Source: Terriglobia bacterium
GTDB lineage: Bacteria > Acidobacteriota > Terriglobia > 20CM-2-55-15
Length of the DNA stretch: 64,000 nt
Direction of reading: 5' to 3'
Assembly (NCBI GenBank): GCA_965198225.1
Contig: CBDAOY010000007.1
Coordinates: 1 to 64,000 of the forward strand
The position numbers were made by a program, and so were the translations under genes. This document shows, in pieces, positions 30,605 through 40,085 of this stretch. Position 1 is the stretch's first letter; the number at the start of each line of letters is the position of its first letter. The notes beneath the pieces were generated by a model. It saw only the letters and a list, made by a program, of their open reading frames with translations, did no database searches and was not told where the DNA came from.

Positions 30605-32208
30605 CAGCCTGTCGGACTTTCCGGACCTGAGTTGACCGTCGAGGGTGGGAAGAATCGGAGCATGAGCGAACGATTCCGAGCTGTGGATCGAGACACAGCG
30701 TACTTGCTGCCACCGTCGGTGCAGGATTGGCTTCCGGAACAGCATTTGGCGCGGTTTGTCGTGGAGGTGGCGTCGAAGCTGGACCTGCATGAGTTGGAGA
30801 TGCCCTACGCGGGGAGAGGATCGAAGGCCTACCATCCGGAGATGCTGTTGGCATTGCTGTTTTACGGATACGCGACGGGAGTGTTTGCGAGCCGGAAGCT
30901 GGAGGAGGCGACCTACGATTCGCTGGCGTTCCGGTATATTGCCGCGAACACGCATCCGGATCACGACACGATCGCGACGTTCCGGAAACGGTTTCTGAAA
31001 CAGCTGAAGCCGTTGTTCGTCCAGATATTGTTGTTGGCGCGAACGATGGGTTTTCTGAATCTGGGAAAGATCAGCCTGGATGGAAGCAAGGTTCAGGCGA
31101 ATGCGTCGAAGCACAGCGCCTTGAGTTGGGGTCATGCGACGGAACTGGAACAGCAACTGAAGGCGGAAGTAGCGCGGTTGATGGAGATGGCTGCGGCGGC
31201 CGACGCGGAAGTGCCTGGGGAGATGGACATCCCGGAGGAACTGAAGCGGCGGGAAGACCGCCTGAAGGCGATTGCCGAGGCGAAGGCGAAGCTGGAAGCG
31301 CGAGCCGAGGAACGTCATGCCGCCGAGCAGGCCGAGTACGAGGCAAAGATGGCCAAACGGGAGGCCCGGGCCAAAGAGACGGGGAAACGGCCTGGAGGAA
31401 AGCCACCGAAACCGCCCGAAGCGGGCGTGCGCCCAAACGACCAGATCAACCTGACCGATGAGGAATCGCGCATCATGCCGGGGGGCGGAAACGGTTTCCA
31501 GCAAGCCTACAATGTGCAGGCGGGCGTGGATACCGAGACCCTGCTGGTGGTCACCGAAACCGTCACCCCGCACGCCAACGACAAGCAAGAAATCGAACCG
31601 GCGCTGAAGGCTCTGGAAGAACTGGCCGAACCGCTCGGACAAGCCGGCGCGCTCCTGGCCGACAACGGCTATTACAGCGAAGCCAACGTCCGGGCCTGCG
31701 AGGCTGCGGGCGTGACGCCCTACATTGCCATGGGACGGGAGCGCCATCGCCTGCCGGTCGAACAGCGTTGGACCCCACCTCCGCCTTTGGATCCGGACGC
31801 CGGTCCGGTCGAGGCGATGGCGCATCGCTTATCGACGCTGGAAGGCCGTGCCATCTACGCCAAACGGAAGTCGACGGTCGAGCCGGTGTTCGGAATCATC
31901 AAATCGGTGCTGGGATTTCGACAGTTTCACCTCCGAGGACTCGACGATGTCTCTGGAGAATGGACGCTGGTCAGCATGGCCTGGAATCTGAAGCGGCTCT
32001 TCAATCTCTCCCGGCAACACGCATCGCCGACCGTCGATCCGGGTTCCAGATCCTGCTCCCAGTCGAGAAAACACCGCTCCGGATGCCTGCGCTGGCCCGG
32101 AAATGTCGAATCACAGTCTTTCTTGACACTTCTTCACCGAATCGCTCTGCAAACGTTCAATCGTCGATTCGTAGACGCTCAATCGGTGCTTTCAAGTCCG
32201 ACAGCCTG
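30605..32208 (+). mobile_element. IS1182-family insertion sequence (copy B), CTAG target duplication
   Basis: 15-bp IR CAGCCTGTCGGACTT / AAGTCCGACAGCCTG (1 mismatch); CTAG at 30601-30604 and 32209-32212. Confidence 0.92.
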
Positions 32209-32212
32209 CTAG
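30662..32212 (+). CDS. IS1182-family transposase
   Basis: LLPPSVQDWLP, PDHDTIATFR, LDGSK, NLTDEESRIM, ADNGY, VEPVFG; stop codon lies in the CTAG duplication. Confidence 0.93.
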   Translation: MSERFRAVDRDTAYLLPPSVQDWLPEQHLARFVVEVASKLDLHELEMPYAGRGSKAYHPEMLLALLFYGYATGVFASRKLEEATYDSLAFRYIAANTHPDHDTIATFRKRFLKQLKPLFVQILLLARTMGFLNLGKISLDGSKVQANASKHSALSWGHATELEQQLKAEVARLMEMAAAADAEVPGEMDIPEELKRREDRLKAIAEAKAKLEARAEERHAAEQAEYEAKMAKREARAKETGKRPGGKPPKPPEAGVRPNDQINLTDEESRIMPGGGNGFQQAYNVQAGVDTETLLVVTETVTPHANDKQEIEPALKALEELAEPLGQAGALLADNGYYSEANVRACEAAGVTPYIAMGRERHRLPVEQRWTPPPPLDPDAGPVEAMAHRLSTLEGRAIYAKRKSTVEPVFGIIKSVLGFRQFHLRGLDDVSGEWTLVSMAWNLKRLFNLSRQHASPTVDPGSRSCSQSRKHRSGCLRWPGNVESQSFLTLLHRIALQTFNRRFVDAQSVLSSPTAC

Positions 32213-32238
32213 GCGGCACAAGACAGGGGCCCCGACAA

Positions 32239-32267
32239 AAAGGGGCGCCCAGACTGAGCGCCCCTTT
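32239..32267. terminator. Intrinsic terminator (bidirectional shape) after the FecR gene
   Basis: AAAGGGGCGC-N9-GCGCCCCTTT with A and T tracts on either side. Confidence 0.7.
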
Positions 32268-32285
32268 CTTCGTTACTTGAAACGG

Positions 32286-33713
32286 CTAGTTAACGCCTGG
32301 GCCCAGTAGAGGGGCCGAAGCGCTCGCGGCTTCCGGTTCCACGGTCTTTGTGACTTCACGGATCACGAGCGTGCCACCCGCTGCTGTCCCGGCTGCCACC
32401 GCCGCCGTCGCGACTGCCGATACGGTCGAAGTAGCCGCGCCTGCCGCCGCGCCTGTTGCTGCTCCTGCCGCACCGGCGGCTCCACCTCCTGCTGCGCCGC
32501 CCCCCGCGGCGCAGCCGCCGGCCGCACCACCTCCACCTGCACCACCGCCGCCGGCACCTGCACCACCGCCGCCGGCACCTCCGACACCGCTTCCGACGGC
32601 AGCTTGTACGGCTGGGGCCACCAGGGCGGTGATCACCCCCAAGCCCACTCCCCGGATCGCGATGACCTGCTGCCCGCCAGTGATCGTCACGCTCTGCCCG
32701 GTGATGTTCTCGGTGACCTGCTGGAGGCCCTCATTCAGCTGGTGGGTGCTCTGAGTATCGTTCGGGACGAGCTGCTTTCCTTCGGTTCCTCGAATCGCAG
32801 CGACCGCGGTTGGAGTCGTCAGTTCGGTTTCGGTCCCGGCGACTTCCTGGATGTCAAAAAACAAGCTTCCCAGCGTCTGTCCGATCCGGCGCAGGATCCC
32901 GGTCGGTTGCTGTTCCTCCTCGATGACGACGGTCGTTCCGACGTCCAGATTGATCAGGCTCTGGTCGGTGAAACGGATATCGGCACGGCCCTGAAGCGTG
33001 GCCACCGTGTCCCCGCTGAAGAGCGGGAGGCCGGGGTTCTCCACGCGGTTGGTGAGCGTCGTGTTGACCCGCGTCAGCCGCACGTCGCCTTCGACGGCTT
33101 CGAACTGGGCAATCTGACTCCCGGCCTGCGGCGGCGTGAAGGTCGCTTCGGCGACCGGAATCGACACCGTGGGCACGAGCGATGCGATGAGGACTTCGCC
33201 CGCCTCGACCTTGCGACTGGCTCCGTACTCCTGACGCTCCAGTACGCTGAGAAGCCCCTTTCGGCTCTCGACCCGATCCTCGTCTTCGGGCACGGCTAGA
33301 ATCTCTCCGGAAACGTTCTCTCTGTCCGGTCCCGGCCGCACCGCGAGCTGGGGCGTAATGATTTCAAACTCCGTACCCGCCGGAAAATTGAAATCGAGGG
33401 CGCCGGCTCTCAGGATCAATCTCAACGGTTGCGCGCTGACGATCTCGAGATCTGTCGAGGGACGCAACTCCAGACGGCCCTTTCCCAACCGAACCACGCC
33501 CCCTCCGTCTCCATGTGTCCGAATCGAATCCCCCTCGAAGAGAGTCGTTTCATTGGACAGAGGCCGACCGGACCGTTCAACTCTGCCGAACAGCAGGATG
33601 TCTCCGACCGGAGCTGACGTTGCCGCCGAAGCCACGAGGGGACACAACATCAGACCTAACAGCGCGATTCCCGGCGCCATGCGCTTTGGCCACGTCGGTC
33701 GATTGAGCTTCAT
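32286..33713 (-). CDS. Secreted FecR-domain protein with Gly/Ala-rich C-terminal tail
   Basis: Signal peptide; GDSIRT, GDTVAT, TPTAVAAIRGT; poly-GA region. Confidence 0.75.
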   Translation of the reverse strand: MKLNRPTWPKRMAPGIALLGLMLCPLVASAATSAPVGDILLFGRVERSGRPLSNETTLFEGDSIRTHGDGGGVVRLGKGRLELRPSTDLEIVSAQPLRLILRAGALDFNFPAGTEFEIITPQLAVRPGPDRENVSGEILAVPEDEDRVESRKGLLSVLERQEYGASRKVEAGEVLIASLVPTVSIPVAEATFTPPQAGSQIAQFEAVEGDVRLTRVNTTLTNRVENPGLPLFSGDTVATLQGRADIRFTDQSLINLDVGTTVVIEEEQQPTGILRRIGQTLGSLFFDIQEVAGTETELTTPTAVAAIRGTEGKQLVPNDTQSTHQLNEGLQQVTENITGQSVTITGGQQVIAIRGVGLGVITALVAPAVQAAVGSGVGGAGGGGAGAGGGGAGGGGAAGGCAAGGGAAGGGAAGAAGAATGAAAGAATSTVSAVATAAVAAGTAAGGTLVIREVTKTVEPEAASASAPLLGPGVN

Positions 33714-33732
33714 GTTTTCCTTCTGCGGAAAC

Positions 33733-36033
33733 TTACTTCTCGTCGAACTTGTACACGGGATCGAAAGCCCTCGTCGCGCCCGCGTATTCAGTCCGCATCT
33801 TCTCGATCCTGGACTTCATCATCTTTGACGGTTCGTCGCCGGGTCGGAGTGCCAGGACGTGATCGAACGCCTTGTCGGCGCCGTCGAAGTCTCCCTGCTG
33901 GTACAGTTCCAGCGCGTGCTCGAATATCGTCCTGATCTCTTCCCAGGACGGATCCACGAGCAGATCAGCCGAGCCCTGGCGCCGATCGCCACGTCGCCGC
34001 TCGCCGTGGACAGCCAGGACGTACGCTCCCTTCAGTTTCTTCCAGGTCGTTTCTTCGCCCCGCCGGTCCGAGCCGCGGTGCTCCGTTTCCGGCTGCTTCA
34101 GACCCAGCGGTTCGTAGATCGTCACTGCCTGGGTCTTGCCTTTGACCTTAACGCGGTCCAGTTCCCGGCAGAATATCCGATCTTTAACACCTTCATACGT
34201 CGTGTCCGTGATCAGGATGTTCGTACCGTAAAACTTGTTCAGGCCCTCGAGCCGTGAACCCAGGTTCACGTCGTCGCCCATCACAGTGTAGCTGAACCGA
34301 TGCTGAGAACCCATGTTCCCGACGACCATCTCGCCGGTGTTGAGGCCGATTCCGATGTCGAAACGGTGTCCGCCCGGCAATTTGACCGTCTCCTGCATCT
34401 CGCGTACGACCTTCATCATCTCCAGCGCAGCGATTGTCGACCGCAACGCATGATGCTTGGTCTCGATCGGGTGGCCCCAGAAGCACATCACCGCGTCGCC
34501 GATGAGTTTGTCCAGCGTGCCCTGGTACTTGAAGATGATTTCGGTCATCTGGTCGAAGTACGTGTTCAGGAAGCCGACCAGTTCCTGCGGCGTCATCTTT
34601 TCGGAAAACGTGCTGAATCCACGAATGTCGGAGAAGAGCACCGTCAGTGCGTGCTTCTCGCCGCCCAGCTGCAGTTTTTCCGGTTGGTCGATCACCTGGT
34701 CGATGACGGCCTGGTCGAGGTAGTGGGAGAACACCTGCTTCGTCCGTTTCTTTTCCCTTTCTTCCGTAAGGTATTTGTAGGAGATCAGCGAGCCGCTCGT
34801 CGTGACCAGTGCCAGTCCCGGGTACACATAGCTCAGGACCCATGAAAACTGGAGGAAGATCCAGACGTTGAAGAAAGTGAACAGGACCAGGCCCGCCGCC
34901 GTGTACAGGATGCTCCGGGTCGCCCCCATCTTCGGCAAGTAAAACGCGACGACCAGTCCAAAGAGGAGGATCAGGGCGATATCGATCATGGCCGTCATCG
35001 CATTGCGCACCAGGTACCGCTGATGGAGGATGTTGTCGATCACATTCGCGTGGAGTTCAGCGCCTGGCAGCACCGGATCGAACGAAGTCGGGACGACGTC
35101 ACCGAGCCCGATTGCCGGTGCTCCGAAAATAACAATCTTGTCGCGCAGGACTTCGGGGTCGATCCTCCGTTCCATCACATCGACCATCGAGATCGTTTCG
35201 TGAGTCCCCCCCGGTCCGTTGTAGTTGACCATGAACCGGCCGAACCGGTCGGTCGGAACGACATAATCCCCGACCTGAACCTGGGCAAAGCGGTCGTCCT
35301 GCATCGTCACCGTCACCGAAGGGGCCCCGAGGTAGCCCTTCAGCAGCTGCAGGTCGAGCGACGGGTACAGCCGACCGCCCCACTCGATGAACTGCGGCTG
35401 GTATCGCAGGAAGCCTTCGGTATCCGCATGGAAGTTGACGAATCCGAACGACCAGGCCGCCCGGCTCAGGATTGCGATGGGCAGCGAGAGGTTTGCCCCT
35501 CGTACCCGTATTCCTCCTGTGCCCGATCCCCTTTGTCGAACCGCTGGATACACCTGCTTCTCGATCACGAGTTCCTGTAGCTCGGGCGTCAGCTCATCGC
35601 GCTCGCCTCGTTCGCCTGTTGTCGCTTCCAGGTCGAGGTAAACGCCCATGACCACGTTGCCGGCTCGTTCGATCGCTTCGGCGAAGAGGCGGTCGTTCTC
35701 TTCACTGCTGATGTCTGCTTCCGAATAGAGAACATCGAAACCGATCACCCGGGCGCCTGCATCGGCGATGGCGTTTATCAACCGAGCCGGCACGGATCGG
35801 ATCATGGTGCGGGCGGAACCGCCCATTTCATTCAGGCTGCGCTCGTCGATGGCGACAATGACAACTTCGTCTCCGGGGGCCTGCTCTCCGCGCAGCCGGA
35901 ACTTCGTGTCCAGCCAGCGCATGTCCAGGCTGGTCAAGAAGTCCGAGCCAGTCCAGTCGAGCCGGTTCACAGACAGGACGACGAACAGGAAGGTGATGAC
36001 GATAGCCAGGATTGTGGGGATACGGCGCTTCAT
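33733..36033 (-). CDS. CHASE2-domain adenylate/guanylate cyclase
   Basis: IVAIDERSL, PGAELHAN, three TM; FSDIRGFS, DKLIGDAVM, GDDVNLGSRLEG, VKGK. Confidence 0.93.
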   Translation of the reverse strand: MKRRIPTILAIVITFLFVVLSVNRLDWTGSDFLTSLDMRWLDTKFRLRGEQAPGDEVVIVAIDERSLNEMGGSARTMIRSVPARLINAIADAGARVIGFDVLYSEADISSEENDRLFAEAIERAGNVVMGVYLDLEATTGERGERDELTPELQELVIEKQVYPAVRQRGSGTGGIRVRGANLSLPIAILSRAAWSFGFVNFHADTEGFLRYQPQFIEWGGRLYPSLDLQLLKGYLGAPSVTVTMQDDRFAQVQVGDYVVPTDRFGRFMVNYNGPGGTHETISMVDVMERRIDPEVLRDKIVIFGAPAIGLGDVVPTSFDPVLPGAELHANVIDNILHQRYLVRNAMTAMIDIALILLFGLVVAFYLPKMGATRSILYTAAGLVLFTFFNVWIFLQFSWVLSYVYPGLALVTTSGSLISYKYLTEEREKKRTKQVFSHYLDQAVIDQVIDQPEKLQLGGEKHALTVLFSDIRGFSTFSEKMTPQELVGFLNTYFDQMTEIIFKYQGTLDKLIGDAVMCFWGHPIETKHHALRSTIAALEMMKVVREMQETVKLPGGHRFDIGIGLNTGEMVVGNMGSQHRFSYTVMGDDVNLGSRLEGLNKFYGTNILITDTTYEGVKDRIFCRELDRVKVKGKTQAVTIYEPLGLKQPETEHRGSDRRGEETTWKKLKGAYVLAVHGERRRGDRRQGSADLLVDPSWEEIRTIFEHALELYQQGDFDGADKAFDHVLALRPGDEPSKMMKSRIEKMRTEYAGATRAFDPVYKFDEK

Positions 36034-36209
36034 TTTCGACGGACCCGCATCGGGGCGGCGAAGCCGCCCCGGACTGAGCGTTATATGGCGGCAATGTACG
36101 TTAAAGGCGGGGTACGGTCAAGGCTTGTTATACTTTTTCCAACGAGGCCATAAATCCTTGTTGTTCTATGAGTCAAAGGGATTGGGACCCGCACGCGGGA
36201 ACCTCCGTT

Positions 36210-38064
36210 ATGGAAACTGGACCAGGTGTTTTGCTGACTGCCACGCTCGAGACGAAACTGCGGGAAATCCCGGCCGGACCGGGGGTCTACCTGTACAAGG
36301 ATACCCTCGGAGACATCATCTACGTCGGCAAGGCCAAGTCTCTGCGAAATAGGGTCCGGAGCTACTTCCAGGAGTCCCGGAGCCTGGACGAGCGCAAGGA
36401 CCAGATGATGGCTGCCATTGCCGACGTCGAGTTCATCGTGACCGACACGGAAGGAGAAGCGCTCGCGCTCGAAAACAACCTCATCAAGCAGAACAAGCCG
36501 AAGTACAACGTCCTGCTTCGCGACGACAAGACATATCCCTACATCAAGCTCACCGTCAACGAGCCCTACCCCAAGGCTTTGATTACGCGGCGGGTCCGCA
36601 AGGACGGGGCGCTGTATTTCGGGCCGTTCTTCCCGGGTGGTCTCGCGAGAAAGACGCTGCGCCTGGTCGAACGTCACTTCCTGATCCGCAACTGCAACAT
36701 CCGCATCGACGGGAACCGTCCCAGGCCATGCCTGCAGTACTACATCAACCGGTGTCTCGGACCATGCGTAGGCGAACTAGCCAGTCGAGAAAAGTATGCG
36801 GATGCGGTGAGCGACGTCCAGATGTTTCTCGAAGGGAAAGGCCGGGAACTTGTCCTCAGGTTGGAGCGGAAAATGGAAGAGGCCGCCCGCTCCCAGCAGT
36901 ACGAGGCCGCGGCCCACTACAGGGACGCCATCCGGACGATCGAACAGATCACGGAACGACAGAAGATGGCGTCGGTCGGGTTCGACGATATCGACATCTT
37001 CGGGTATCAACAGGATGGTCCCCTCGTCGCTGTTTCCGCGTTTCACATGCGTGGTGGGCGGGTCGTCAACAAGAAGGAGCTTTTCTGGGAGGACCAAGAC
37101 GGGTTCGAGCCCGAAGAGTTCTTTGGTTCCCTGTTGAAACTCTTCTACGTGGATGCTCCTTTCATTCCTCTGGAGATCCACGTCCCGGTCGCCTTCGAGG
37201 ACCAGGAGTTGCTCGCTGGCTGGCTCTCGGAACGCAAGGGACGCAAGGTCGAGATCCGTACGCCACAGAGGGGCGGCAAGCGCGAGATGATCGACTTGGT
37301 CCACCGCAATGCCGGTCTCTCTTTCGATCAGCGCTTTCGGGCGACGACACCGTCGGCCGCCACTATCGCCAGGGAGGTGGAAGAGGCTCTCGACCTGGAG
37401 AAAAACGCCGCGCAGGATCGAGGCGTTCGACATCTCGAATCTGGGCGGCAGCGATATCGTTGCGTCGCTGGTGGTATGGCGGGAAGGCGGTCTCAAGAAG
37501 GCCGAGTACCGGCGCTATATCGTCCGCTCCGTGTCGGGTCAACCGGACGACTTCAAGAGCATGAAGGAGGTCGTCGGCCGTCGCTATCGGCGCCTGACCG
37601 AAGAGAAAAAGCGCATGCCCGACCTGATCCTGATCGACGGCGGCCTGGGTCAGTTGCATGCCGCGCAGGCTGCCCTGGACGAGTTGAACATCGTCGATCA
37701 ACCGCTGGCGAGCATCGCGAAGCGGGAAGAACTCATCTACATCGCCGGCCGCGAAGACGAACCCGTCATTCTCGATCGGCGCTCGCCGATCCTCCGCCTC
37801 ATCCAGCAGATAAGAGATGAAAGCCACCGGTTCGCGATCAGTTTCCACCGGGAAAGAAGGCAGAAGCGGCAGCGGGCCACCGAACTGTCCGAAATCCCAG
37901 GTGTCGGGCCTCGTACAATTCGAAAGCTGTTGAACAACTTTGGTTCTCTCAAGAAAGTCCGAGAAGCGACCCAAGACGAGTTACGAACCGTTGCGAACCG
38001 TCCTCAGGCCGAGTCGATCTGGAAGCACTTTCATCCCTCCGTAGCGCCGAACCGGGACGACTAG
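36210..38064 (+). CDS. uvrC: Excinuclease ABC subunit C, split by a +1 frameshift at 37401-37405
   Basis: GIY-YIG (PGVY..IYVGKAKSL), DDKTYPY; second frame RIEAFDISN, PDLILIDGG, RDESHRFA, HhH IPGVG. Confidence 0.93.
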
Positions 38065-38077
38065 CACCGTTACAGGC

Positions 38078-38252
38078 CACTAGCCCGGATTATTCATGAA
38101 TTGTCTACTGCAGCGGCGGATACACTCGCAGATACGGCGTTACGCTAACGGGCCGTCCTCGGCATTGATCCAGACACGCCGTCCTCGCGCGCCTTGTCTC
38201 TGCGGCGTCTCCACCGCTTCGCGACGACAACCACGAATAATCCGGGCTAGTG
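38078..38252. mobile_element. MITE-like element (175 bp)
   Basis: Perfect 18-bp IR CACTAGCCCGGATTATTC / GAATAATCCGGGCTAGTG with CTAG at both ends; no credible gene inside. Confidence 0.75.
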
Positions 38253-38310
38253 AGCGCTTGGTTCAGCCGTTGGTACACGTGTTACTATAGACTTACAGAA
38301 GGAGGTCGAC

Positions 38311-38664
38311 ATGAGCGACTCTAGCGACAAATTCCTCTATTTCCTGGTCGGAGCCAGCATCGGTAGCGTGGTTGCGCTGCTGTTCGCGCCGAAGTCGGGT
38401 CGGGAGACCCGAGACGAAATCACCAAGCGCGCTCAGGAGAGCCGTGAGTATCTGAATCGCAAGGTTGACGACGGCCGAAACTTCGTCGAAGAAGGCGGTC
38501 GCCGGGTCGGCAGCGAGGTGACTTCTCTGGTCGATCGGGGCAAAGAAGAGGTCGGCACGTTGATCGACAAGGGCAAAGACGTGGTCCAGCAGCAGAAGGG
38601 ACAGTTCGCCGCGGCGTTTGAAGCCGGGAAGGAAGCCTATCTCAACGAGAAGGACGCGGACTGA
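38311..38664 (+). CDS. YtxH domain protein
   Basis: FLVGASIGSVVALLFAPKSGRETR; AGGAGGT RBS. Confidence 0.88.
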   Translation: MSDSSDKFLYFLVGASIGSVVALLFAPKSGRETRDEITKRAQESREYLNRKVDDGRNFVEEGGRRVGSEVTSLVDRGKEEVGTLIDKGKDVVQQQKGQFAAAFEAGKEAYLNEKDAD

Positions 38665-38676
38665 TCGGAGGCAATC

Positions 38677-39159
38677 TTGGAAGGTTTGCTGACTCTATTC
38701 GTAGCTCTGACCGCCGTGGCCGTCATGATCCAGGCCGGTGTCCTGGTGAGCATCTACATCCTGTCTCGCAGAGTCGGCGGGCAGATCGAGTTGACTCTTG
38801 CACAGCTACGGGAACTGATGCCGCCGCTGAAGACGGTCACGGAGAACCTGAAGACCGTGTCTGAAGACGCCGTCGAGATCGGCGGCGCTGCTCGTGAGCA
38901 GTTTCATCGGGTCGAGAACATGATCGGGGAAACCGGAGAGGCTCTCCAGACCCAGTTGGAGAAAGTGGACAAGATGAGTCGCGATGTCACCGACCGCGTC
39001 AACGAGACCGTCGATGTCGTTCAGGACTCGATTATCCGGCCAGTCCGCGAAGTCGGGGCACTGGCCCGCGGCCTGACGCGTGGTTTCGAAGTCTTCATGA
39101 ATCGCAAGGGCCGCAATACCGTCGATCAGGCACACCAGGACGAAGAGCTTTTCATCTAA
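38677..39159 (+). CDS. Membrane-anchored coiled-coil protein (DUF948/YtxG-like)
   Basis: N-terminal TM, heptad region, GGAGG RBS, follows the YtxH gene. Confidence 0.65.
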   Translation: MEGLLTLFVALTAVAVMIQAGVLVSIYILSRRVGGQIELTLAQLRELMPPLKTVTENLKTVSEDAVEIGGAAREQFHRVENMIGETGEALQTQLEKVDKMSRDVTDRVNETVDVVQDSIIRPVREVGALARGLTRGFEVFMNRKGRNTVDQAHQDEELFI

Positions 39160-39167
39160 AAGGATTT

Positions 39168-39195
39168 GGGGACAGGGGTATGGCGCCCTGTCCCC
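39168..39195. repeat. Isolated GGGGACAGGG..CCCTGTCCCC hairpin (core of the ~90-bp repeat family)
   Basis: GGGGACAGGGGTATGGCGCCCTGTCCCC. Confidence 0.6.
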
Positions 39196-39260
39196 ATACC
39201 GCTTTCCGGACAGTTCGTGGGCTACTTGCCCTCCTCCTCACGTGTAGCGATCCTGTCAAT

Positions 39261-39944
39261 ATGTCCGAAACCGATCAGATCGAAATACCCCTTTTTCCAC
39301 TCGCCAACGTCGTTTTCTTCCCGAGCGTGATGCTTCCTCTTCACATCTTCGAGGAGCGATACAAGAAGATGATTAACGGATGCATCGACGACGACGCCCC
39401 GTTCGGGCTTGTTCTGCTCAACGGCGAGGAAGAGAGCCCGTCCACTATCCAGAAAGTGGGAGTGCTGGCTCGCGTCGCCCAGATCGAACGGCTTGACGAA
39501 GGGCGGATGAACATCCTGACCGAGGGACAGGCGCGTTTTCGCGTGATCCGGTTCAACGGTCATGAACCCTTCTGGCGGGCGACCATTGAACTGCTGGACG
39601 ATCTGCCCGAATTGGATTCGGCACTGGAAACCTTGAGCCGCGAAGTCGGCGACCTTTACATGGAGGCATACCGGAAGGGGCTGGCACTGACCGGCGAACG
39701 CGCGGGCAAACTGGAGTTGCCGGAATCGGCCGCCGATCTTTCGTTCATGGTCAGCTACGTGCTCGATATGGATATGGAAGAAAAGCAGCGCCTGTTGGAG
39801 ATGACGTCCACCCGGGAACGACTCAGCTCACTCGTCACTTACCTGAGACATGCCAACGAACGGCTCGAACAGCAGATCCACCAGAGAAAGATTGTCGAAA
39901 CGGCCCGGGGGAACGGAGATCTGGGGCGGCCTGGGGGAGAGTAG
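39261..39944 (+). CDS. LON peptidase substrate-binding domain protein
   Basis: IPLFPL..VFFP..LPLHIFEERY, KQRLLE. Confidence 0.9.
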   Translation: MSETDQIEIPLFPLANVVFFPSVMLPLHIFEERYKKMINGCIDDDAPFGLVLLNGEEESPSTIQKVGVLARVAQIERLDEGRMNILTEGQARFRVIRFNGHEPFWRATIELLDDLPELDSALETLSREVGDLYMEAYRKGLALTGERAGKLELPESAADLSFMVSYVLDMDMEEKQRLLEMTSTRERLSSLVTYLRHANERLEQQIHQRKIVETARGNGDLGRPGGE

Positions 39945-39955
39945 TAGAAGAATTG

Positions 39956-40081
39956 ACCACGGAGGCGCGGAGGCACGGAGGTCTGGCAGTTTCGGTACAA
40001 TTGGTTGGGTTACGGCAGCTGCCTCACAATTCGACGCTGACGATAGCCAGTTCCTGCTCAGTGCCTCCGTGTCTCCGTGGT
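39956..40081. repeat. ACCACGGAGG-type inverted-repeat element, second copy
   Basis: ACCACGGAGGCGCGGAGGCACGGAG / CTCAGTGCCTCCGTGTCTCCGTGGT. Confidence 0.75.
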
Positions 40082-40085
40082 TCTC

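Noticed and set aside
30062-31825. 587-aa minus-strand ORF
   Set aside because: Antisense shadow of the IS1182 transposase running into the wrong frame of the selenoprotein gene
32440-32600. GC-rich tandem-like repeats as a separate element
   Set aside because: They encode the Gly/Ala-rich tail of the FecR protein
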